This document shows, in pieces, positions 1 to 11,995 of a DNA stretch of 64,000 nt. The position numbers and the translations under genes are program-made. The notes under the pieces were generated by a model. The model saw only the letters and a program-made list of their open reading frames with translations. It ran no database searches and was not told the DNA's origin. The stretch spans positions 124,001 through 188,000 of the forward strand of contig NW_026782038.1 in assembly GCF_031769215.1 (NCBI RefSeq), read 5' to 3'. This DNA is from Ylistrum balloti (Eukaryota). The stretch's first letter is position 1. Every line of letters begins with the position of its first letter.

Positions 1-1
1 C

Positions 2-840
2 CAAAGCGGATCTGCTATAGCATTCTTGGGTATTTCAAGGAATCATGCAAAAGTTGCCAAATCAATAGGGAATTTAGTAGGGTGTGTAGCTGATAAAGAC
101 AGCGACATTGACAATCATGTGCTAAGAGATTGCCTCAAGAGAAAGACAGCCGATGAATTATTACAAGCCCAGTCGAATCCTGGGACTCAACATTTTGGAA
201 ATTTTTCTCTTTTACCAGCAATTTGGCCAGTTATTGATGGAGAACTACTTCAAAGATCACCTTTGGACAGTTTGAATGATCCGAACTCGGAAGAATCTAA
301 TTATTTTAGATCTCTTGATTTGCTGGCAGGTACGACTGATAACGAAGGATCATTGATGCCGATGTTTTTGGCGGGATTTCAAGAATCCATGGAATTCAAT
401 ATGACAGAAGGTATACCGACCCCTGTCTTATGTGACGTTGTGGCACCAACATTAGCTAAAGAGATGTTTAATGACAATAGTGTCGCATCAGATTTAATTT
501 GTAAGGAATATTCTTCTGACAACCTTGAACAACAGTCACGAAATATTGTAAATCTATTTGCGGATTCATGGTTTGTGTTTCCGACGATGCATCTTCTTGA
601 GTTTCATGCGAAGGATAAACTATCTCCAAACACATATCAATATATATATACTCAGGCAGTGAACTTTTGGTTTTTGATTCCCACTTATCCATGGATGGAA
701 GGAGCAGGGCATGCGGTCGAGTTGTTGTATATGTTTGGTCCGACAGGATTGAGTGAAAGGGATCCATCTTTGTCCACGGACGAAGGAAAAGCTTTCACTG
801 ACGTTCTCGTCACGTACTGGACCAACTTTGCCAAATCAGG
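2..840 (+). CDS. Carboxylesterase/cholinesterase-like copy 1, large exon (5' part outside window)
   Basis: Frame open from base 2 (QSGSAIAFLG...). Contains catalytic Glu (GTTDNEG), His (GAGHAVEL) and YWTNFAKSG. Donor GG|GTAAAT at 840/841. Confidence 0.93.
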
Positions 841-1405
841 GTAAATAGGGTCTTCGATACGCCAGTGGTTACAGTCACACCCGCTCTCTGCACCCCTTAA
901 ATACTTCATGGCAAAATAAAAGGTTACGTGTGTACATCAAACGATCTCGAAGTCGCATACCGGTATATTGTAATGACTATAAAGTTGGGTGTCGCTCCAT
1001 CGAAATCTCCAAAGGAAGCGTATCAGTCTGCGATTGGTTAGTTTTTGTTTGTAATAGAACCAACCAAATGTTCCAGCGGTGCAGAGAGCGACAATGATCG
1101 TAAACCATGGAGTATCGATAATGGATAAATAGATTTTATATATTTTATCATGCACATGCTCCTGTTTACATAAAATATCTGCATTACATTAACATTAGAA
1201 AGCAGGATTAGTGTAGTAATACTTCGTTACTTTCATTAATAAGTTACACTACTGATCCGTTTATTGATACAATGAAGGTAGTGGACATCATGAAACCGGT
1301 ATTTGTAAATTGTAGCTCTATCATTCACATGATTTTTACCTATCATACTTTATTCTTTATTTTTCGAATCTTATTACTGATGACGGAGTCTTGTATTCTA
1401 TATAG

Positions 1406-1580
1406 GAATCCGAATGGAGATGGCCTGGTTCCGTGGAAAGCGTTCAGTCTTAGTAGCCGGGACTATCTAGAGTTGAAGTACCAGCCAAGTCCGGGTGAGA
1501 ACCTGTTCGAGAAAAGGATGAAGTTCTTATCACAGGACATATCAAACAAAATACAGACCGCTGCCAAGACTGAGCTATAG
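1406..1580 (+). CDS. Carboxylesterase copy 1, terminal exon (NPNGDG...KTEL)
   Basis: Acceptor TATAG at 1401-1405. 175 nt; first base completes the Gly codon; ends AKTEL-TAG. Confidence 0.92.
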
Positions 1581-4482
1581 AAACAATTATTTCTGTACGT
1601 TATGTCAATACTTTACTTAGGTATTTTACATACACAAGGTACCGATTGACAATGAACAATAACAAGGCCATTCAATGGTATGTCTGTATAGTACCATGTT
1701 TTGGTTTCTTTAAACGAACATATTTGCATTCATGCTTTTGAAAATGTTGTTTGATTATTTCATGCCTGATTTCTTATTTACAACTTTAATTGTAAATATA
1801 CAAATCAAATCAACGTTTTATTGATTTGTAGCTATGTTTATCATTCCATTATTTTTTGATGAATTAAACTTAAATGAGGATTTATTCATCTTGTTGTTTC
1901 ACGATAATGGGACTTTATTTTCAACTAAGTACAAGTTCAATTCCATTAGGTATATGTCCCATGCATGAAGCAAAATACTATAGAATAGATAAGGGAATTT
2001 TTGAGTGGATGGTACAAATGATTTACAGATGAAAACGTCTTTCAATACATATTAAACTGTTGGAACACAAGAGGCGATTGGGAAATAATAAAAAAAAAGA
2101 TATCGACATATCAACAGAGCCTTAATTCAAATACGTTATATAACGGATACATGAAGATATTTATTTGATTTATTTGTTTCTATCTTCCTAAGACATTATT
2201 TCTGGTTTGTATGTCCTTATTAGTAATTAGTATCCATTCTAAAGTAATGGTTATGTAACGTTTCTTTCATTAGAGAATTTTCATGATCTTATCCCTAATA
2301 AACTTCTGATTTCTGTCGCTAACTTAAAGTTGTGGTTACAGCAGATGATGCACATCGACCTTCAAGATATTTATAATAACGACATACTAAAATGTGTCAT
2401 CTAAATGTGAAAGAGAGAGAGAGCATGATAACCTTTGTGACATATTCCGATTAACTTTTTTTCTGCATCCAGTGGGTTTGAAGGTAGGTCTAATGTCAGA
2501 ATGTCGATAAAGACGATAACCGTACAGCAGATGATATTCTCAATGCAGGGATTGAGTTCAGTCAATATTACCCCGATAGCTTAACTGGATAATTCTATAG
2601 CGAATGATACATAGATCCCAATCTCCATTTGAAAGAAACACATTGAGAACTTCGGATGAGTTTCCTATCATGATCTCTAGTTGATACCTGTCCACGGTGT
2701 TTGTTGTTTTATCGATCTATATATTTTAGTGAACATTCAGAGATAGACATGACGAATTTATGGCATGTACACCAGAAACCAATATAAACAACAATTTAGA
2801 CAGATAATCCACAGAGACAAATATTTCAAGCCTTTTCATATGCCTCAACTCATACCACGCGCCAAAACTATCGACAACTAGATAGGAAAGTGAGCGGAGC
2901 TGCTACGTCATCTATAGTTGAAAGGAACGTTTAGATAGTCTCAAGACAATGGGAGGGACTGTTTCGAACAAAATTTACAGGTGTTGGTTTTTGTTGAGTT
3001 TCGTTGATATTGCGAAAATTACTTGTTTTTATTCATATTCTGAAGATTATATAATGGATTTTTTTTTCATTTTAACACGGGATGCAAAACCAAAATTCAT
3101 TATCATGTTTGTTTAAATGCATATACAGTGTACTGGAGTTTATGCATAAAACAAGCATACTATCCCCTAAATATATTACTTGCTTTATTCTTATAAAAAT
3201 CTACAGTATTCTCATCTACAGATAAAATGTTTCTCTCAATATCTTGGAGCGTCGTCTTCTTGTAGACAATGATTAAGCTGGCCTCAATGGATTGCTGGTA
3301 TAAGTAGAACTGATTTGACATCCTCTTCGTTGTTTACAAGTAATAGAGATAATAAAATATACTCAGGTCTGGTAACACAAGTCCAGATGTAGGGATCTTT
3401 TTGGAAGTTTATTCATGTACACAAGAAGAAGCCTACAATTACAATGAATAGACATAATGCCATATACTTATAGTTATTGATGTACATATCAATTGAAATT
3501 ATAATAGATTGAACTGGAGAGTCAATCTTACCAGGTCTCTGGAGAGAATTCCTCCTCGGTTTGTGCCTAATGAAGTAATAATTATTTGGGCTTATGAGAG
3601 CATGTGGTTGGCTGCACATGCCCATACTAGGAATCTCGAGATGAGGTGCTTGATGAAATACCCCTCTCCCACTCAGGTGTGAAGTTAATATACACACATA
3701 AATAAACTAGACCAAGTTTAAGTATTGTGTATATACGGCTTACATAATTTCAAAAATGTTTCTTTATCTACTTGAGAACAACCTTAATAAAGAAATCCGA
3801 GATATTAAAACAATGTCCTACAAACTTAAACGTATTAAAGGGTTTTTCGGCATTCTATTTACAACCGATCAGAATAGAAGAGTTGCGTGTGTATTCGTTC
3901 TGACTCGTTTAACAAGGCTTTCTTATGTTATATGCTGCTTTGTATAATTGTGAAAATATATATGTGTTTGTTTGTTTTGCATATGCATGTGTGTAAGCTA
4001 AAACTGTCCTAAAATTCACGCTGTGTTATAGACCAAAGAGTAATGTCTCCATATGTACAAGGTAAGTTGATAGTGATTGAGTAACTGAACGCATGGTTTA
4101 CAAGGACAAGCTATGTTACTGCATTCCTATTGTCCTCTTTAGTCTCTGACTGTCCCCATTATATTACATTGACTGATAAACTTTAAAGGAAGCTACGTAT
4201 CATTACCAATTGCTTGGTTTGCTAATCCTTTATCGACACAAGAAGATGCATCTTTGATATTGTGCATGCACTATCAGATAACCTGCTGACATGGTTTGCG
4301 ATAAATAAGTGACGAAAATACAGGGACGGCACACATTCTTTGATGATGATGATACTAGTCTGGATTTTCGAATACCGTATCAATTCTATTGACATCGTGT
4401 AGCGAATCGGTGCATTCGTTAATACTGGTATCAGTTTTAGTCCCGATAAGTAATCAGTAAAGATATTGGTACTGTGTAACGA

Positions 4483-4690
4483 CAACTCAAAAACAAGTAT
4501 TTCGTGATAATATTGGTAGTATGTCGGTACAACTCAAATAGAAGAAATTCGTGATTAAACTGGTAATATGTTGGGGCAACACAAAAACAAGAAATTCGTG
4601 ATTAAATTGGTAGTATGTTGGGGCAACTGAAATACATGTAATTCTAGATTAAATTGCTAGTATGCTGGGACAACTCAAATACATACAACT
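4483..4690. repeat. 47-bp minisatellite, about 4.5-5 units
   Basis: CAACTCAAA starts at 4483, 4530, 4577, 4624 and 4671. Confidence 0.9.
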
Positions 4691-5579
4691 CCAAGAGGTA
4701 AGTAATGACATTGATAGTATATATAGCACAACTACTGTAATCAGTAATGATCTTCCTGTCAAGATTGAAGATTTAATGGAGACTTTACAGGAAACATTAT
4801 AGGTATCCATCGAACTACGTTATATTCGCTTCCTCTATTCTTGATACGAAACCTTCAAATATATTCTGCTTATACTACTTCTTGTGACCTGTAGAAAGAA
4901 GCTTGCAGATTTTATAAATTCATTGATGAAGTGACACAAATAAGGCTTTTTGGGCCTATCTGTACGAATGGCCGCCACTCTCCAGCAACTCGCCAATCCA
5001 TGAAAATATGTTATGTCATTTAAGTGTTATGATACAACTTTAACTTTCGAATGTTTTATTGTATGTGACGAGCCCTAACTGATTTATACAGGTGTCAGAT
5101 GAGCCAGTGGTTCCCGAATTTACTGGAATTGTGGTATCCGCAAAGAAATAGACATTTAGACCGATTTTAACAACGGACGAGCTTGATCATGCAAATGTGG
5201 TGTGGAATGACATAAAATTTTACGATACAATACATACAATTTTAATTCTGCAAAATGTACACATATTTTTACTATTTTGCCACTATATATAAAATACACA
5301 TATCTAACGCTCATCCATTCATTTTCAGCCACTTCCGGTGAATCGATACTGTCTGGATAGAATGACGCTCACAAGAGGTTTGGTCATTACTTCTAGATCA
5401 GAACGTCCCAGTCGAACTTCCTTCAATGAGGCTGGTACCGGATTGCAGACTCATAAAGAATAATTAACTTATCTGGCAGCACGATCAAAGATGTCCGTAC
5501 ATTAGTCACCTAGAACACAGTCAGATATCGGGTATAATGAGACATACATATACATATATGTTCATGAAAATAGGTACAA

Positions 5580-6460
5580 TACTGGGACAATGCTGTCCAT
5601 AGCACGTGATATCCATAGAAAATAAAGACACTCGTTCACCTAGAACCTACAGGTGTAGCCCACACAGGACCATCAGGATTCCTACATAGATTAGCTTGAA
5701 CCGAACCGCATCATAAGTAGATTTAGGCCATCTTAGTTCTACCTTCCTAACTGTATTTCGAGCTATAAGGTACGTAAGTTAGACTTACTTATTATCTCAA
5801 GATATCATCAAATTTGGGAGATGAGTTTATCTATCTCTACACTCTTGTTTAAAGATATCGAACAATCTAATGTTGATAATGTTTATGATATTTTCAGGTG
5901 TAAAGGTGTCTTCATATTGCCATATGTACCCTACACCCAATCTAAAAAGTTCATCTCTCACACCATACAGCCATTCGCTACCGTTTTATAACGTATCGCA
6001 AAAATTACAAGGACGAATTTTGAATTACAATACATGTGCAGAAGAATCGCCGCTTTTGAGAGATATTTGGTAACTTAGATGGAAGGTATGACTAGCTTTT
6101 TCACTTCTACATTGTCAGGTACGGGAATGTTCTACCTTAAATGACCTGCAAACTAGGTTTTACATACCATGTGCAAAATTTGTTTTAGATAATTAATCTA
6201 TAACAATAAATTTGTGAGGAATGAAAAATAGTTTTAAACGAGACATTTTGAATGAACTTGTTTCAATATCAGCAATTGTGGTTGTTGTTTAAAACTGCTG
6301 ATTGAATGCTCACTTATGTGTGATGTCTGTAATTGTTATGTCACTACATGGTTTGCCAGTATGAATTCTTACAATGGCGTGGGATTACAGTTACGCATGA
6401 ACAAACAGTGATATATATAGCGTAAAAGTTGCATGATCAGGGTATTCATGTTGAAAGCAG
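5580..6460 (-). mobile_element. Decayed L2/CR1-like LINE ORF2 3' fragment
   Basis: Disrupted frames give VRDELFRLGVGYIWQYEDT, RLFDIFKQEC and LEIQLGR. Similar at nucleotide level to 19596-20065. Confidence 0.6.
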
Positions 6461-7631
6461 GACTCGGGACTTGATAGTCTCTCTGCTCCTTGGCTTGGCG
6501 GACGTCTATACCACAAGTACGTTGGGTGAGTAATATTACCGTTGACTTACAGATATAACTGCATTATTAGATACCTCATATGTCTCTGTCTGTTACAGTA
6601 ACATGTGAACTTTTAAGTAGGCATTGCAGTGTTACTAAATTGCTTGTACAACAAAATTTATGAATGTGTCTTTGGCCAAACAATCTATTAACATAGCAAT
6701 ACTGACTAGTAATACTTTGAAGGAGTCATTAGATAGCGAATTTTACTTTTTAGTATCAACCAGCTGTATAAGTCAGAGAAAGTCACCATAGAATTACATA
6801 TAGTGTTCAACAACAACATATGCATGGTATCTATACGCGAGGACGGAGACAAACTACCATTGGAAATAGTTCAGGGTCCGCGATACGAACTGTTAAGTGA
6901 TTATATAAGCCTACACAGAGACAAATTAGAATAGTTAGTAATATTAGTTCACTAACAACTTCGTGGTACTTTTAACGGAAACAATACCTTCTACGTTAAA
7001 ATGGTTCTTGTAAAGGTCGCAACCTCAAAGTCAATGATATTATCAGTACCCGTAAATAATAAAATGAATTCAAGAAATGGAATCCTTGGTTATAAATATA
7101 TATATATATATAACTTGCTAACTTAATATGTTAGAAAAAAATCTAGTAAATAATTATATTTTCGTAGGAAAAGAAAACATGGAGTTGGTAATAATACAAA
7201 ATTTAGCTTAAGAATACCATTATACTTTGTAGTAATGATTTTACCAGGTGTGGTTCCTCATTTACCATTCTCATTAATGATCACATATACCAATGCATTG
7301 TTAAACACACTGGCTCTCAACAGGCAATGAACGAGCAAAATAGGGAACATTTTAACATGATTTGGCGTTGTCTATGAAAATAGTTAGTTAAAACGAATAT
7401 CCTACAGTACTTTTATTAATTCGTTATGTACATACTTATTTGTAAGCTTTCTTCAAAAATAAGATAATATATTTCTTTGATCAGATAATTGTAGTCCAAT
7501 ACTGAAAAGGTCAAATTTCAATACCTTTGAATATACACGACTTCAGTATATATCTGATAACAAGTACAAAATAACTATATATTTACTAACATTCATCGTA
7601 GAGTTTTATAGATTTTGTTATTTAAGATAAA

Positions 7632-9187
7632 ATGATGGCATCCCAGCTGTTACTTTGCGTGTGGGTTAGCTTCACGATGATACTCTACACATCATGCCAG
7701 TCCTTCCAGACAGTCCACACACCTTCCGGTCCTATCAAGGGACTGGTCGTCCCTACTCTTGGAAAGGATATTGTGCAGTTTAGGAACATTCCGTATGCGA
7801 AACCTCCAATTGGTAACCTTAGATTTGAGAAACCACTTCCGATAGAACCGTGGACAGAAATACTTGATGGAACTGTTTTTGGACCCTCTTGTATGCAGGA
7901 TAAATCTTTCCTGTCAGCTATAGGGGAAAATACAGATCATGCGATGAGTGAAGATTGCCTATATCTAAATGTTTATGTACCGGGAGATGTTTCGACCAAT
8001 GCCAACAAGGCAGTGATGGTTTGGATCCATGGTGGAGGATTAGTACTCTTCAATGGTTGGGGCTATGATGCCTCATTTTTGACAATGAAAGACATCATCG
8101 TAGTTACTATTAACTACCGCCTAGGGATATTTGGATTCCTTAGCACGGGAGACTTAACAATGCCCAGCAATTTTGGACTATGGGATATGATTGAAGCATT
8201 GAAGTGGGTTAATAAAAACATAGCTTCATTTGGGGGCGATCCTGATTCTGTGACTATTTTTGGTGAATCGGCCGGAGGCATCGCTGTGTCATTTCTGGGT
8301 ATAATTCCAAATACTGCTGGTTTATTCAAACGCATGATTGCCCAAAGCGGATCTGCTATAGCATACTATTGTGTTACAAGAGATCCCGTAAAATTTGCCA
8401 AATCTATAGGGAAATTAGTTGGATGTGTAGCTGGCAAAGACAGCGATATTGACAATCATGTGCTAAGGGATTGCCTCAAGAGAAAGACAGCCGATGAATT
8501 ATTACAAGCCCAGTCGAATCCTGGGACTCGGACTCAACATTTTGGAACATTTTCTCTTTTACCAACAATTTGGCCAGTTATTGATGGAGAACTGATTCAA
8601 AGGCCACCTTTGGACATTTTGAATGATCCGAACTCGGAAGAATCTATATATTTTAGATCTCTAGATTTGCTTGCAGGTACGACTGATAACGAAGGAGTAT
8701 TAATGCCGATGTTTTTGGCGGGATTTCAAGAATCTATGAAATTCAATATGACAGAAGGTATACCAACCCCTGTCTTATGTGACGTTGTGGCACCAACATT
8801 AGCTAAAGAGATGTTTAATGACAATAGTGTCGCATCAGATTTAATTTGTAAGGAATATTCTTCTGACAGCCTTGAACAACAGTCACGAAATATTGTAAAT
8901 CTATTTGCGGATTCATGGTTTGTGTTTCCGACGATGCACCTTCTTGAGTTTCATGCGAAGGATAAACTGTCTCCAAACACATATCAATATGTATATACTC
9001 AGGCAGTGAACTTTTGGTTTTGGATTCCCACTTATCCATGGATGGAAGGAGCAGGGCATGCGGTCGAGTTGTTGTATATGTTTGGTCCGACAGGGTTTAG
9101 TGAAAGGGATCCATCTTTGTCCACGGACGAAGGAAGAGCTTTTACTGATGTTCTCGTCACGTACTGGACCAACTTTGCCAAATCAGG
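7632..9187 (+). CDS. Carboxylesterase/cholinesterase-like copy 2, large exon (576 aa spliced)
   Basis: Signal-peptide-like N-terminus, GPSCMQ..SEDCLYLN, HGGG oxyanion loop, FGESAGG, GTTDNEG, GAGH. Donor GG|GTAAAT at 9187/9188. Confidence 0.95.
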
Positions 9188-9747
9188 GTAAATAGCGTCT
9201 TCGATACGCCAGTGGTTACAATCACACTCGCTCTCTGCACCCTTAAATACTTCATGGCAAAATTAAAGACTACATGTGTGCGACACATTGTGGAAAAGAT
9301 GTAAAGACTAGTTTGTAATTGTAATTTCCAGAGGGAGCGTATCAGTCTGTGATTGGTTAATTTGTTTCTCATGGAACCAATCAAACTACTGAGCTTGAAC
9401 CTTCAATTTCATCGTAATATGTTCCAACGGTGAAGAGAGCAAAAGTGATCGTAAACCATGGAGTTCCGATTATGGATAAATAGATTTTATATGTTTCATC
9501 ATGCAGAGATTCCTGTTTATATAAAATATCTGCATAACAATAACATTAGAAGATATAGTTATACTTCTTTACTTTCATTATCAAATTAAACTACTGACCC
9601 GTTTATTGATGCAATGAAGGTAGTGGACATCATGAAACCGTTATTTGTAAATCGTAGCTCTATCATTCACATGATTTTTACCTATCATACTTTATTCTTT
9701 ATTTTTCGAATCTTATTACTGATGACGGAGTCTTGTATTCTATATAG

Positions 9748-9922
9748 GAATCCGAATGGAGATGGCCTGGTTCCGTGGAAAGCGTTCAGTCTTAGTAGCC
9801 GGGACTATCTAGAGTTGAAGTACCAACCAAGTCCGGGTCAGAACCTGTTCGAGAAAAGGATGAAGTTCTTATCACAGGACATATCAAACAAAATACAGTC
9901 CGCTGCCAAGACTGAGCTATAG
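9748..9922 (+). CDS. Carboxylesterase copy 2, terminal exon (KTEL)
   Basis: Acceptor AG 9746-9747; 175 nt; NPNGDGLVPW...AKTEL-TAG. Confidence 0.92.
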
Positions 9923-11531
9923 AAACAATCATTTCTGAAGGTTATGACAATACTTTTCTCAAGTAATAACATACATATGTAGCATAAACAATAAACAATT
10001 ATCATTGTAAATACACTAATCAAAATAACGTTTTTTTATTTGTAGCTATGTTAATCGTTTCACGATGTTTTTAATTAATTAAATTTGAATTTTGCTCGAT
10101 GATTTATTCGTCTTGTTGTTGCACTGTAATGATACTTTATTTTCAACTAAGTACAAGTTCAATTTCTTTTGGTATATGTCCAATTCATGAAGCGGAATAC
10201 TTTAGAATAAACACGGTAATTTTTGAGTGGATGGTAAAAATGACTCACAGAAGAAAAACGTCTTTCAATACATATTAAAGTGTTGGAAGAAGCGATTGGG
10301 GAAAAATATTTTTTTCAATAAAAAATATCGGCATATCATCGAGCCTTAATTCAAATACGTTGTATTACGGACACACGAAGATATTTATTTGATTTATTTG
10401 TTTATCTCTTCTGTATGGTTTTTATGTGCATTTATCTAGGAATTAATACCCATTCTTAGGTAATGGTTATCATTTTCATGATCTTATCCTAAACAATCTT
10501 TTCTGACGCTTGCCAAATGGTGGAGGCCATTTTCCTGGCAGTAGCAGATGACCGTTAACGACCTTCAAGATATTTACAATAACGACATACTAAAATGTGT
10601 CATCTAAATGTGAAAGAGAGCATGATAACCTTTGTGACATATTCCGATTAACCTTTTTCTGCATCCAGTGGGTTTGAAGGTAGGTCTAATGTCAGAATGT
10701 CGATAAAGACGATAACCATGCAATAAGTGATATTCTTAATGCAGGGATTAATTTCAGTCAATAATAGCACAACGAAATGAATTCATAACACATGGTGTTG
10801 TCTCCAACTTTTGCTGCATTATTCCATAGAGAATGATACATCAATTCGAATCTCCATTTGAAAGAAACTTTAATAAATAAAACAAAAATTCCAAGACACA
10901 AACACAATATCCTACAAGCATCAATATATTTTCTGCATTCTATTTACAACCGCTCAGAATAGAAGACCCTTCGTGTGTATTCGTTCTGACTCGTTTAACC
11001 AGGCTTTATTATGTTACATACTGCTTTGTATAATCGTGTAGATACATTCGTTTTTGTTTGGGTTTTTCTCATATGCATGTCCGCTTAGCTAAAATGATCC
11101 TAAACCTCTTGTGTCACAGACCAAAGAATTACTCTCATACCTAGCAGACGTCTCTATCTGTACAAGGTAAGTGATAGTGATTAATTGAACGGATGGTATA
11201 CAAGGACAAGCTATTCTACTGCATTTCTATTGTCCTTCGTTAATCTCTGACTGTTCCCATTATATTACTTCTACTGATAAACTTTAAAGGATGCTATGAA
11301 GCGTTAATAATTGCTACGTTTGCTTATTCATAATCGACACAAGTAGGTCTTTCTTTGATATTGACAGTAAAACGTTTAAATATCAAAAAGAAGAACACTG
11401 TCACACAGAACTTCAACACTTGAATACACAATGCATATACATCAAAAACTAAAACTATTTAATATTCGTTTAACATAAAGTACGACAACATCAATAATTA
11501 CACTAATACGTTGGTAGTAATAACGTGCATC

Positions 11532-11534
<3 letters not shown>

Positions 11535-11567
<33 letters not shown>
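11535..11567. repeat. (GAT)11 microsatellite; the paralogous site at 4342 has (GAT)4
   Basis: Direct reading. Confidence 0.95.
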
Positions 11568-11698
11568 AGTCTGGATTTTCGAAACCCGCATCAATCCTAT
11601 TAACATCGTGTAGAGAAACAGCGCATTCATTAATACTGGCACTAGCTTTAGTCGCGATAACACGAGTCGTCAGTAATGATATTTGTAGTGTGTAACGA

Positions 11699-11995
11699 CA
11701 ATTTAAATAGAAGTAATTCGTAATTAATAGTAAGTATGCTGGTACAACTCAAATACATGTAATTCTAGATTATATTGCTAGTATGCTGGGGCAACTCAAA
11801 TACTTGTGATTCGTGATTATATTGGTTGTATGCTCGGGCAACTAAAATACACGTGATTCGTGATTATATTGCTAGTATGCTCGGACAACTCAAATACATG
11901 TGATTCGTGATTATATTGTTAGTATGCTGGGGCAATTCAAATACATGTGATTCGTGATTATATTGCTAGTATGCTGGGGCAATTCAAATACATAC
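11699..11995. repeat. 47-bp minisatellite, about 6.5-7 units (paralog of 4483-4690)
   Basis: Unit CAACTCAAATACATGTGATTCGTGATTATATTGCTAGTATGCTGGGG; starts at 11745, 11792, 11839, 11886, 11933 and 11980. Confidence 0.92.

Noticed and set aside
1272-1405. N-terminal parts of ORFs 1272-1580, 9614-9922, 32101-32289 and 40045-40323
   Set aside because: Intron sequence read in frame; the real exons start at the AG acceptor before NPNG.
5655-5690. Minus-strand TAG|G-NPDGPVW resembling an esterase terminal exon
   Set aside because: No further similarity to the 175-nt exon, and it lies within the decayed LINE.
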